Of a stretch of 64,000 nt of DNA, positions 22,981 through 35,484 are shown in pieces (position 1 is the stretch's first letter; every line of letters starts with the position of its first letter). The notes below the pieces were generated by a model that was given only the letters and a program-made list of their open reading frames with translations, was not told the origin of the DNA and made no database searches. A program made the translations under genes and the position numbers. Origin of the DNA: Anolis carolinensis (lineage: Eukaryota); contig NC_085846.1 of the NCBI RefSeq assembly GCF_035594765.1, forward strand, positions 10,961,190 to 11,025,189, in the 5' to 3' direction.

Positions 22981-24944
22981 GTGGCAAGCACGGTCTCAAT
23001 CTGCTTCTCAATTTTTCAGCAGTAACCTGAGATGTCTGATCTGATGCTTGATATGATGATACAATGTGAGATACCTTCGTGATAGATTGTGCAGCTGTTT
23101 CCAGTAAAAGTGCCACTGCCTGTTAATTTGCAAAAGAATTCATTTTTATTCTGTTATGAGTTTCTATACAAACAAATGAAGCATCAGAGATCAAGGCTGA
23201 GCTGACTAATTTTTCACCGCCTGTTCCTTTTGACTAGCAATTTCTTCATTGCATGTTTGTAAAACTTCCTAGCAATGGTTCACATAGACAACTATGAACA
23301 AATATGTATTACATCTCACACTTGGTGAGAGCTTGGACCTTTATCTTTGCAGAACATCCTATCAACCAGCAACCACAAAAGGTCCATTAGAAGCTGACTG
23401 ACCACCAACACTCCACTGTGGCTTATCCTTCCTTCAACTCCAACCCAACTTCCAGTAGTTGAAATAAGTAGTAAAGCACAACCCATATTTATTTTAATAA
23501 AGTCTTCATCTTCCAGAATGGCAGAAAGTTACCAGAATCTTTAGATATGTCCTTCAGAGGCTGAATCTTAACAAGTCTAAACCCTCTCTAAGATAGCCAC
23601 CTCATACACTTTTGATATGGTAATAAATCAGTGATTCTGTACCTCATTTCCACACTGTGAGATGCTCCAGCCAACCAAGGACATGAAGTTTCAACATTTG
23701 AATATATTCTCCTTGAAATTGTGTCCTCTATCCACAATTGACATTGGTTCTGGGGAGAAGAAAGCCTGCAATGAAGGATGAAGTTGGACATCTCAGATGT
23801 GGGTTTCAAACAGTGTCAGAGTCTTTTATTTTTAAATAGCTTCCTGGAGCCTTCATCTAAGAAAAGGCATCCCTTGAGAACTTGGCCTATTGAGGTTAGT
23901 TCTTTCCATCATCAAAACAAAACCTCTCCAGAGATACAGAAGAGCTGGTAATTTAAGAGTATGGATGGCAATGTATTACGCAGACAAGGGCAATTCCAAT
24001 ATCCTAGGCCAACATTAGAGGTCACCATCCTATAATAGAGCCAAATGCAGCCCTATGAGGAATCCAACTCTGACTTCTGGGATTGCTCTATTTCTTATTA
24101 CAATAGAATTTAGACATCACACATTCTGAAAGTTTGAATAAAGGCTTAGTTAGTAACAGTAAGAATTTCTTGTTAAAATATGATGGCAGTCTCATATCCT
24201 CCAAGTTTCTTGATTTGATACAGATTTTCTATATGTGCTTGCTTATGTATTTGTGTGTTATCCCTTTAGTCCTTGTGATCTCTTCCAGCTTTAGGTTTCT
24301 ATAGTTCCATTTTTTCACCTGCTTTTAAAATGGCCCGGTTTCACTCTTCTCTGCCTGATTTCCTTCCTTGTCCTCGGTTTACTTGAATAGCTGCAAGCTG
24401 AGTTCAAAGGGCAAAAATGTTGTGGCCAATAGGAATGGTTTATTTTAAGGAAAACCAGCTGGAACTGACTCTAGCGTGGATTGCTCCAAAAGGCACTAGA
24501 GTAGAGGACAAAGGGCTGTCCTCCTTTATTTATACATTTTCAGGATACCGACAAATAAAGAACATACTTCTACATATGTATCATCATCACTACGTCACGT
24601 TACATGTCATAAAAAGTTCATTTTACCTTTTCTGCATACATGGGGTATATATAAGCATGTCTCAGCATTTTCCTATCTAAGGCATTCTGAAAGCGGTTTG
24701 CAGCAAGTTAGAGATAACTAGGGCTCAGCTATAGACATCAATCAGGGGCCTATTTTGACCTGTCAGGGGAGAGAAGTCCACTATCCCTCCATTAGCCGTA
24801 CCAGGGACCATCTCGCACTGGAATGTATAAATAACAGGTCTCCCTTCTCTTCCCTGTCCTGCCAGCTTGCGCATCTCCAAGAATCGAACACACAAAAAGG
24901 CTGGTTTTTCCACATTTCCACAGTGCTTCTAATGTGTATACAAT

Positions 24945-25255
24945 AAAGGTAAAGGTTTCAGCCATGTCTGACTCTGGGGGTTGGTGCTCATCTCCATTTC
25001 TAAGCCAAAGAGCCGGCGTTGTCTGTAGCCACCTCCAAGGTCATGTGGCTGGCATGACTGCATAGAGCACCGTTACCTTCCCGCCGGAGTGGTACCTATT
25101 GATATACTCACATTAGCATGTTTTCGAACTGCTAGGTTGGCAGGAGCTGGAGCTAACAGCGGGCACTCAGGCTGCTCTCGGGGTTTGAACCTGGGACCTT
25201 TCGGTCTGCAAGTTCAGCAGCTCAGTGTTTTAACACACTTTGCCACCGGGGTTCC
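24945..25255 (-). mobile_element. Sauria SINE
   Basis: Same core as 19536 and 37567; tRNA-like head with B-box-like GGTTCAAACC. Confidence 0.85.
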
Positions 25256-28200
25256 ATGTGTGAATATCTATATTTTCCATTCCCTATCAAAATTAGTTTG
25301 CACTCAAGCCATGTATTGATGCAAAAGAAAACCCCAGCATCATGTATGTATTGATAAGATCTAAGCTGATGGTAACTGATCAAGAGAGAGACCTTGAGAT
25401 TTTGGCAGTATCAATTATGGGCAACTGCAGGGGGGCATTCCTCAAGGGTCACATTGCAGCACAGTGGAAGTGGGTAAAGATTGCTTCTGGCCACCAATTT
25501 GGTCAATCTTTATCTGGATTATTTTGTTTGGGGTGGAATTGGGGGCTCTTTGATAGGAGGGAAGGAAACTAATGCATTTGCAGACATTTGGGGACTGCAT
25601 TTGGTCTGTTTTGTGTGAAAGCTACCAGGAAAGCAGCACATTTTTAAAAATTGGTCATCTGGAGGGCTTGAGTAGACTTCAGGGAACATGTCTTGAAGTC
25701 CCAAGGGTTGTATTCTGTGGCCCATACTTTGCCCACCAGTCGTATTTGTGGCTTCTGCAAAACAAATATCAATTTGAGGTTGGCTGTCATTAGAAAAAGA
25801 ACCCAAAATAACAGTATCATAATGCTCATGGAACTCTGATCACCACGTCTAAAACTAGTATTTTGGAGCCAGAGAAAATGGTCATCAAAATAAGCAATAA
25901 GGTAAATGCCCAAGAGAAACCAATGTTGGGGAAATATGGAAGGAGGAGGGAAGAAGTGGGACATTTTAAAAGCAGCTGACACAACAGAAGATTAATTGGG
26001 ACTGTCCTACAAATCAAGACAATGGAAGATCATGCATTTGAATCAACATGTTGACCAATTTAGGAATCATCCTTAGCATTTCAGGCTGTAAAAAAACAAA
26101 AACAATTGGTGGCAGCAAGATTATGAGCTCAATATTTTGGCAACTATCAAAACAGAGTGAGGAAGACTGCCACTCAGTTTGAGGACCCGAATCTAAAGCA
26201 TAAATGTTTTGGATGGAACATTATCCCGATATAATCCATCCTATGATGTGATAGTGAATGTTACCACCTACTCTTCTGTTCCAGCTGTAGATGCAGATAT
26301 TGTATCCTGAACTAAGACAGTCTGTGAAGTTAATTCTGCTAGTCTTTCCTGAACCTAAAGTAATTCAACTTTCATTTTTGCCTGGCTTCTTCTCTTGAGT
26401 ACCCTGCATAACAAGTGAATTATGTATGTAATCAATAAAACAACACATATCCTTTTTACAAAATGTGTCAGACTGTCCAGTGATTCTTCTATTGATATGT
26501 GTCTTTAATTCATGTTTGCCCACATGCACCAGGAATTAAGAAATCAGCCTATCTCTAGACTGAGTCTGAATCAACACTGCCAAATCATGCAGTTCAAACG
26601 GTATGATTTGGCAGATCCAGCCTGGATAAGGTTTACATGTCTAAAATCAAAATCCATTTCTTCCATTCATGTTTCTTCCTGAGGATTGGAGATCACATGT
26701 GAGGGATTGGAAACAGCCATCAGCTGCTTCTTGAGTGAGAGGAGAACAGATCTCTGTCAATAGCAACTATATCCTGGAACATACAACATCAGCAAGCTAC
26801 TCAAAGATTCTCAGTCATATTTTTTGTTCTTCAATGTGCAATAAAATAATCAGAGTAAAAGTAAAAAAATGTTTATTTATTTATATATGAGGAAGAAATG
26901 AACAAACTGGACAAAGCAGGAACAAGAACAATGCCTAACTATAGGTTTTCGCAACAATTGCCCTCCTATACCAACGTGACCAAATACGGTTCCCTTTTTC
27001 TTTCTGCTGAATATATCTACAAAGTGAATGATCCTTGTTTTTTAAGATCCTACAATGTAGGTGTTTAACAAGGTAGATTGCCATTATCCTATATGAGATT
27101 TCCATATGCGTAAGCAAGCACTGAAGTGTAGTTTTGGGCACTATGCAGTGACTCCTGGCCTGACCTCCCTAATTTGTTTTCTTTTATTTATTTTATTGAC
27201 AGTATTTATATTCCGCCCTTCTCACCCCGAAGGGGACTCAGGGCGGATCACATTACACATATAAGGCAAACATTCAATGCCTTAACATAGAACAAAGACA
27301 AGACAAATGTGGGGCTCCGAGCTGGCCTCGAACTCATGACCTCTTGGTCAGAGTGATTTGTTGCAGCTGGCTGCAGCTGGTTGCTCAACAGCCTGCGCCA
27401 CAGTCTGGCCCAATTCCCACTTAACATGAAGCAGCTGTTGTGATTGACAGAAGTCTGTTTCCCTGTCATTTAGTACATGTCTGGAGTGCCATTTTCATTC
27501 CTTTCTGTGAGCAATCTTTGGTGCAACTGGCAGAAACAGGGCCCCAATCACAATTCCCCATTTCCCAGAAATCACTCACATAAGGAAAGGTGGGAACATC
27601 AGTTACTCGCTTCCTGAGTGACCAGGGAAGAGACCCCCTCAATCACAGTAGCTGCTTCCCATGCAAGTATGTGGTAACTGAGGAATGGTCCCTACATAAC
27701 ACTTCATTTAGGGGCTATGTAGAGACTGGGAATACATGACAATGAAACTTCAGGTTATACACTCGTAATTGCCACAGAGGATTCTTTGTGTGCCATCATA
27801 GCAAAGACAGACAATTTGTCTTTGGAGATATATTGCTTTGGAGGCTAATGAGGGATTCACAGTCCCAAGAGCCGTCAACTGCATATCAGAAGTGTTCAAC
27901 AGGGAGAAAATAGGGCAGAAAATGTATAGATGCCAGCAGCTCTTAGCTGGATTCCTGAGTAAATTTCTGAAGGCTTTATTATGGGAACTCGGTTCTGAGG
28001 ATGCATCTATAACTGTACAATTATAACTGACACCACTTTAACTGCCATGGCTCAAAGCAGTGGAACTGCTGAAATTGTAGTCTTTTAAGGCACTAACACT
28101 CTTTAGCAAAGAAGACTGAATAGCTTGTCAAACTAAACTCCCATGATTCCATAGTATTGAGCATGGTAGTTAAAGTGGTGTCAAAGTGCATTCATTCTAC

Positions 28201-29514
28201 AATATGGATACACCCTAAAATGAGAAAATTGCTCTCAAGGTGCTACTCTAATTTAGCTTTATTCTAGGGAAGAGATGAACCAAAACTAGTGGGAAAGAAG
28301 AGATGAGAAAACGTCCCCAAGGGTATTTGTTTACATCACAGAGGTGTCAAGATGAGTAGACAAGAAAAGGACACTTTGGGCCACCCAAACTATGAACTGG
28401 GTGACTCTAAGATTTCTTTGAGACTTCGGTGCTAAGCAATGGCGCACATCTGACATGCTGAGCATAAGCTTTGAAGCATTTTCTGTTCCATCAGAGAGCT
28501 GGATTTTTTAACCAACCCATCAACACTGTGTAAAACTCTTGATTCCTCCTGAACAACTTCTTTATTTACTCATCTCTTCAATAATGAGGTAATGATTTTT
28601 ATTTTATTTACTTTCCCCCCTCCATTTTTCCATCTGTTAGAGAAGCACCAGAAAACTCAAAGCGAAGTATTAGTCCTCTTCTGCAACCCTCTGTGGTTGC
28701 CGATCTCTCTACAGAAATACTAAGAAGCCAGAGACTCTTTTGAAAAGCAAATGCTGTATTGGGCTCTACACCACTCATCGGGATGGACAGTCGGCTATCT
28801 TTACCAATGATTGCCCAAAGGAAAAGTACGAAGTGTGACATGAGGGTATGGAGCTTGCATCTTTTTGCTACATCCAAAGTGATATTGTTGCACTTAAAGA
28901 CCAACTAAGAGAACAAAGTTGGAAGCATAAGCTCTCACAGACTGTTTACTTCTTCAAATGCATGGTGTTGAAACCAGGTATCATCAGAAGTAAGTACACT
29001 GTGGAATTGGGGGGGAGGGGTAGCTTAAAATCTGTCATAAAGTATGATATAATGGTACCTTTTGAGGTGTGGGCACATCCCTATGGTCCTTATGACCACA
29101 GAGTTTAAGAAAATGGGCAGCTTTGTTTGTTCCTTGCTACTTGTGTTAAATAATACGTGCATTTATGTTTATGTTATTGTTGAACCCATGCATTAGTCAT
29201 GTTTGATATGCGCATTTTTGTGCATGTTCAAACTTTATTTCTATATTGCCCTATCTCCCAAAAGGGATTCAGGGCGGTGAACAACAAAAGATCGGCAAAC
29301 ATTCAATGCCTCAGAAACATAACATAACAATTCAAATAACAATTATGTTTTAAAAAAGGAATTTCACCTAGTGTCGCTTGTTACCTGATTGTATGACAAG
29401 TGACACTCTCTAAAATTCCTTCTTCTATGCAACTACTTAAAGATACAATAGCTCTCTCCAGTTTTCATTCTAGCAACCCTATTGTACAAACACCATATCT
29501 TCCATTCCCATTCC

Positions 29515-30190
29515 TCAGAAACAATCATTTGAAGTATACAGTGCAAAATCCCGGAGGTTTATTAGGCTTGTGCTGATATACTGCCTATGTTTTAAGTTGC
29601 TCCTCATTGGACTGCAGCCTATGTAGCTGTCAGCAATGTTCCCTCTCCTGGAGAGTATGGAAACCATATGATTAAGTTTAGACCGGATGACAGAATAGTG
29701 GAATTCCCTCTCATTTTGTTTGCGGAAGTAGTCTCCGTGGTGGTTGACAGTGTAGTCCACAGTTCTAAGGGATGTCAGTGAACCAGTAGAATTTGCCCTA
29801 GAGCACTGGGAAGATTGGGAGAAGCTGACCACCCACTAGAAGAAGTTGAGATAGACTTTCTAGAAACCGGAGATCCTTCTTTAGAAGACACCCTTTGATC
29901 AGGTACAGTCTGATTCACAGCCAGGTCCACAGCCTGCCTCTGATTTGTCTGAGTAGTGGCACTCTTGAACTGAACAACTGTCTGTGTGCCCACTATTCTA
30001 GAGCGAGTTGTTGTCTGTGTGGTAGCAGTTGCCATTAAAATACTGGTTTGTGTGGCACAGTTGGAGAGTTCTGCCATGGGCTTCTCTTCCAATGGTTCAG
30101 TCGAATAGCTGACTGTTTCTTTAGATTTTGCTAAGGCTTCAGTAGTATTGTGCAGGTCTTCATCACCATTAAGGTATGAGCATTTAGAAA
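29515..30190 (-). pseudogene. FAM83D: FAM83D (CHICA) C-terminal / last-exon fragment, frameshifted copy
   Basis: Multiple TQT motifs (NCATQT, ATTQT, VGTQT, SATTQT), then STGSLTSLRT..EREFHYSVIRSKLNHMVSILSRR..LINLRDFALY, matching the FAM83D C-terminus (human [40 protein letters not shown], recalled). 1-nt frameshift near 29820; no DUF1669 exons seen. Confidence 0.8.
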
Positions 30191-30926
30191 TGAATCTTCC
30201 TCCATGTTATTGTTGGGCCCACACATTTGTCGAAAATTTTAAAACCCTCATTCTATCCATCCCAAGGAAGCTATTTAAAGACTCTTTAATGATTGTCAAT
30301 TTGCTTTGGGTTGATTTTGTTTTTGTTTTTTATTGTATCTGATTGTTTTATTTTGCAATTGTATTGCATGGTTTTGTGATTTGTTATTAATCCTTCCACT
30401 TATGCATGTATGTGTAAATAAAAACCACTGGTTTTTAAATAAGATAAGATATTTGGGAGGAGCTGACTGATCTTGTACCTGATATAGCTTTTTTTAAAAA
30501 ATAGAAATGACCACAACACCGGGTTGCTGTAAGTTTTCCGGGCTGCACGGCCATTTTCCAGAAGCATTCTCTCCTCATGGCCATAAAGCCCAGAAAACTC
30601 ACAGCAATCCAGTGATTCCAGCCATGAAAACCTTCAACAACAGACCACAACACCATTTCCAGTTGGCTAACAAACAACACCATTGGGATATTAAACTACT
30701 CTGTATATGGTCAATTGCACATCCCTACTATTTTAAAGCATAATTGTATTTTTTTTCTCTGTGGGGTATCAAGTTGGAAGGTGTAGTCAACCCAAATGTA
30801 AGTGAGGACAATCTCTGTTGACTGTGGCTAGATCTACACTGATCATATAATGTAGTTCTTCTGGAATATATGGCGGTGTAGATTCAGCCTGTGAGACATT
30901 ACATTGACCAAATTAGCCACTAACTA

Positions 30927-31344
30927 CTGTGTTTCCCCAAAAATAAGACAGTGTCTTATATTATTTTTTACTCCCAAAGATGCGCTAGGTCTTATTTTCA
31001 GGGGATGTCTTATTTTTTAATGAAGAAGAATTCACATTTATTGTTGAACAAAAAAATGAACATTTATTATATACTGTACAGTAGTTGTCATCACAAACCA
31101 GCATAACCAGACAAACTGTGAATCCTTTCAAGAATTTCTTCTTACTACCATTATTTCCATGTACAACTGGTATGTACATTTACCAATCCTGCATGCTCTG
31201 GTGTTCTGTTTGGCAGGCGCTAGGCATGCTTCCAAACAAAAATTGCTAGGTCTTACTTTCGGGGGAGGCCTTATATTTAGCAATTCAGCAAAACTTCAAC
31301 TAGGTCTTATTTTTCGGGGATGTCTTATTTTCGGGGAAACAGGG
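30927..31344. mobile_element. Tc1/mariner-type MITE (second copy ~59134-59561)
   Basis: TIR C(T/C)GTGTTTCCCC(A/G)AAAATAAGAC; TA TSD. Confidence 0.85.
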
Positions 31345-31349
31345 TAGGA

Positions 31350-31530
31350 CTAAAATGGAAGGGAAAAGAAAGAAGGGCCAACCAAGGGCAAGATGGATGG
31401 ATGTTATCATTGAAGTGACTGGCTTGATCTTGAAGGATATGGGGTTAGTGAAGGCTGACAGGGAGCTCTGGCATGAGCTGGTCCATGAGGTCACAAAGAG
31501 TCAGAAGCAACTGAACGAATAAACTACAAC
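31350..31530 (+). mobile_element. RTE/BovB LINE 3' end
   Basis: KMEGKRKKGQPRARWMDVI..DRELWHELVHEVTKSQKQLNE*. Confidence 0.8.
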
Positions 31531-31637
31531 ATGACTAATATAAAATAGGAGATAGCATGGGATGCAAATGGGACATAGTCTTTTGGTGGATGTTTGGTTA
31601 CAGCAGATAAGAACATGTTAATCTTTCTTGGTATATA

Positions 31638-32477
31638 CCATATATACTCGAAGATAAGCCGAGTTTTTCAGCCCTTATTTATGAGCTGAAAAAGCCTCCC
31701 CCGGCTTATAATCGGGTCAAGGTCAAGGCCAACAACAGAACTTGCGGGCTATTGCTTGCAATATGTGATCTATTTCTTTCTTCTCCCTACCAGTGTGTTT
31801 TCTTTTGTAAAGACTCCCTCGCTCTTAATCAAGGGAATGTTTTGCAAAGAGAAAGATACCCTTGAAAGTCAGGAAGAAGAAAAATATATTTTCATTAATC
31901 TTATGAAAGCATTTTCCCCTGAAATATTTATTAAACTCTCTTACAGATATATAGGCATTAACCCCTTGCAAGCTGTTGCCATCTCTATGTACCTTTATAT
32001 GTGTATATATCAATATACATTAATTTTATATATGAATTTGCCCTCATATGTTTGTAGGTCTTTGCAAATCCTTTATACATATAGATCCATGTACCTGTGT
32101 ATCTGTAACCATACAGATACATTATTTTTATATATGAATTTACCCTCATATGTTTGCAAGTCTCTGCAAATATCTATATAAAGAGAGATGTCTGGATAGA
32201 TATGAATATATTCTTACCTACCTATATATAGGGCTATATGTCTAGATAGATATGAATATATATATATATGGCTTGCAAATATTGTAGGGGAAATGCACAC
32301 ACACACAGAGGGATTTGCAAACGTTTCAGGGGGAAATGCATATGTGAAATTAGTATCTATAATTATAGATCTATATCTAGCTCTGCATTATTTATATAAG
32401 CATTGAATGTTTGCCTATTACTATGTTGGAAGCCGGCCTGAGTCACCATGGGGAGATAGGGTGGGATCCAAATGAAG

Positions 32478-32538
<61 letters not shown>

Positions 32539-32824
32539 GTTATTGTTGATACCACATTGTTTTTGTCGCCCTTACCTTTCCACTTATAGAGCTAGTTTAT
32601 TGTTTTTCTTTGAAATATGGTAAATATTCAAAAAAAATTAACCTACTGATGCCTCAATTAATGAAATGAAATTTTATTGGTATCTATTTTTATTTTGAAA
32701 TTTACCCATAGCTGCAAGTATAACCCTCGGCTTATACTCGGGTCAATAAGTTATCCCAGTTTTTTGTGATAAAATTAGGTGCCTCGGCTTATATTTGGGT
32801 CGGCTTATACTTGAGTATATATGG
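31638..32824. mobile_element. Tc1/mariner-type non-autonomous element (related copy 45556-46383)
   Basis: TIR CC(A/G)TATATACTCGA..ATAAGCCGA; TA TSD; internal (TAT)n and L2-like tail. Confidence 0.8.
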
Positions 32825-32852
32825 TAACTATGATTCCATTATGTTATTTCAG

Positions 32853-33848
32853 ATGGAGTTGGCCAACGGGAGCACAGTCAAGGAATTCATATTGCTAGGA
32901 TTTGGAGTTGAGCAGCACAAGCGGCACCTGCTTCTCCTCCTCTTCACTGTTCTCTACGTACTCGCTGTGGCCGAGAACCTCACCGTTATTGCCCTGGTGC
33001 TTGTCGACACCCACTTGGCCCAGCTCCCCATGTACATCCTTCTGAGCCACTTCTCCTGGCTGGAGGTGTGTTATGTGACCACCACGGTGCCCCGGATGCT
33101 TTTCGACCTAGCGTTCCCCTATGGAGTCATCTCCTTCCATGCTTGCTTCCTCCAGTTCTATATCTTCTTCTCTCTTGGTTTTACTGAATGCTTCTTCCTC
33201 TCCGCTATGGCCTTGGATCGATATTTGGCTATCTGCCACCCATTGCGCTACCCACAGATCATGTCCAAAGTCACTTGCTATGCCCTGGTGGCTGTTTCTT
33301 GGGTCTGTGGCTTCCTGGGTTACATTGTCCCACTGACTTTGATCTCCAAGTTGCCCTTCTGTGGCCCCATCATTGACCATTTTTTGTGTGATCCTGGACC
33401 ACTTCTGTTACTGGCTTGCCCTCCTCTGGATAGTGCTACCTTTATTTGGCAGTTTTCCATGAGTGTTTTGCTTATAGTAGGCAATTTTTTGTTTGTGTTG
33501 CTGTCCTACAGTGTTGTCATCTTCACCCTGATGAAGCCCTCCTACCAGGGCAGTCGGAAGAAGGCATTTTCCACCATTTCCTTCCACCTAGTAGTCGTGA
33601 CCCTCTTCTACGGCCCAGTGATAGGGATGTATGTGACTCCAGATGGAGAAAGCAACTTCCAATTGGCCAAAATAATAACAACCTTCTATACGGCTGTTAC
33701 ACCTTTCCTCAACCCCCTGATTTATTGCTTGAGGAATGATCAGGTGAGGGAAGCAGTATGGAGGTTGTTGAGGAAAAGGGAGAAATGGATGAAAAGAAAA
33801 GTAATAATGGAAAAGGGAGGAAAAGAAAGACCCAATGTAATATCATAA
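32853..33848 (+). CDS. Olfactory receptor, OR11-like, intact (331 aa, long basic C-tail)
   Basis: Start at MELANGST after a TTTCAG acceptor; PMY, MALDRYLAICHPLRY, KAFST, NPLIYCLRN. Confidence 0.93.
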   Translation: MELANGSTVKEFILLGFGVEQHKRHLLLLLFTVLYVLAVAENLTVIALVLVDTHLAQLPMYILLSHFSWLEVCYVTTTVPRMLFDLAFPYGVISFHACFLQFYIFFSLGFTECFFLSAMALDRYLAICHPLRYPQIMSKVTCYALVAVSWVCGFLGYIVPLTLISKLPFCGPIIDHFLCDPGPLLLLACPPLDSATFIWQFSMSVLLIVGNFLFVLLSYSVVIFTLMKPSYQGSRKKAFSTISFHLVVVTLFYGPVIGMYVTPDGESNFQLAKIITTFYTAVTPFLNPLIYCLRNDQVREAVWRLLRKREKWMKRKVIMEKGGKERPNVIS

Positions 33849-34929
33849 AATGAATGCATTTTCGGAAGAGGGGAGAGAAACTCAACACCTGGCTCAGCAA
33901 GTAGTTTGAAGTGATATGAAACCATCTATCTGTATGGCTGACTGCTGCTTTTTTTCTTGGCCTGGGATAGCCTTGGGAGCTCATTGTTGGCTAGGTTGTT
34001 TTGAACAGGCAATGGGTTTCTACTAACAGCATGTTACATGCCCATTGACTGGCAGGCAACACACTCACACACCCAAAGTGGCCCAGATGTGATTTCCACT
34101 TTAGTCAGAGTGCTTGGTATTTAAGAAGGCATCAGAGTAAGCTCTCTTCAGTTCAAGTTTTATTGCATTGACCCTCCCAACTTCAATAAAACAAGAAAAA
34201 ACAGAACAGAGAATGGAAGACTTTACTTGCATTGGAAAGAAAAGGTGATGGGAAGAATGAAAACACACTGTCTCTTTTTAGTTGAGAACTATATCCTGAA
34301 ATTCAGAGGAATTTCTGTAAATGCCCTTGAGTTTTCAAAACAATGAGTCCAGAAGTAGTCGGTCTTGGTTTTCCACCCGCTGGCTCTGAGTTGGTCATCT
34401 TGGGGAGATGCCTTGAACATGAAGGGAATGATGGCTTCCAAAATAGAAACAGCATCTTGAATCAATCACACACACCCTGGGATCCCACCTTGAACTTATC
34501 ACCATCTATGTGTCCATAATTTCATTCATGTGAGTGGGTCATAAGATTCTTGCTGTCTCGTGCTGCATCCTGATTTTCCTGGACCTTGTGTGTCTGGGAA
34601 ATTGGATAGCCACCTTGGCTTAGACTGGACTGGTCTGGATAATATATGGGTTATTGTTGTGTGTTTTCAGGTTGAACTTGACATAGATTTATCTCAGCAA
34701 GGTTTGTTAAGAAATTTGTCATCATTTTCTTTGAATGCTAAGGGACCATGACTTACTCAAAGCCACTCTGAAAGTTCTGAGTAAGGGTTTGAAAGCTGAT
34801 CTCCCAGTGTTGTAGTCCAGTACTCAAACTACTACACCATTCTGGCTCTTAAGGGGACAATGCACTAAATGAAAAAGAAAAAGAAAAAGAAAAAATTTCC
34901 TTGTCATGTGACAACAAAAGATGTGTGTA

Positions 34930-35244
34930 CAGTAGAGTCTCGCTTATCCAACGTAAACGGGCCGGCAGAACGTTGGCTAAGCGAATATGTTGGATAATAA
35001 GGAGAGATTAAGGAAAAGCCTATTAAACATCAAATTAGGTTATGATTTTACAAATTGAGTACCAAAACATCATGTTATACAACAAATTTGACAGAAAATG
35101 TAGTTCAATACGCAGTAATGCTATGTAGTAATTACTGTATTTACAAATTTAGCACCACTTAGTATTGAAAACATTGACTACAAAAATGCATTGGATAATC
35201 CAGAACGTTGGATAAGCAAGTGTTGGATAAGTGAGACTCTACTG
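34930..35244. mobile_element. Tc1/mariner-type MITE CAGTAGAGTCTC family (copies ~39672-39980, 40569-40892, 49765-50020, 54122-54444, and inside the Helitron at 36480-37135)
   Basis: TIR CAGTAGAGTCTC(A/G)CTTATCCAA; TA TSD. Confidence 0.88.
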
Positions 35245-35484
35245 TATATATATATACATGCGCACGCACACACACACACACATATATTAGCCAGTTTCAG
35301 ATAATTCACAGAGTTTGAAAAATAGCTTCTTTGTATGAATTTGTCCATAATAATTTGTAAAGTGATAACATTCATTATGGTGATAACATTCGTTGGAGAA
35401 ATAAATGCTGCTGTTTAAAAAAGACTCTTTCTGGACTTGCACAACTTCAAAGCATCAGAAAATCGAGACTGAATCTCTAGCAGC

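Noticed and set aside
32766-32852. 29-aa N-terminal extension of the OR at 32853
   Set aside because: Begins at GTG within a transposon TIR region and crosses the splice acceptor
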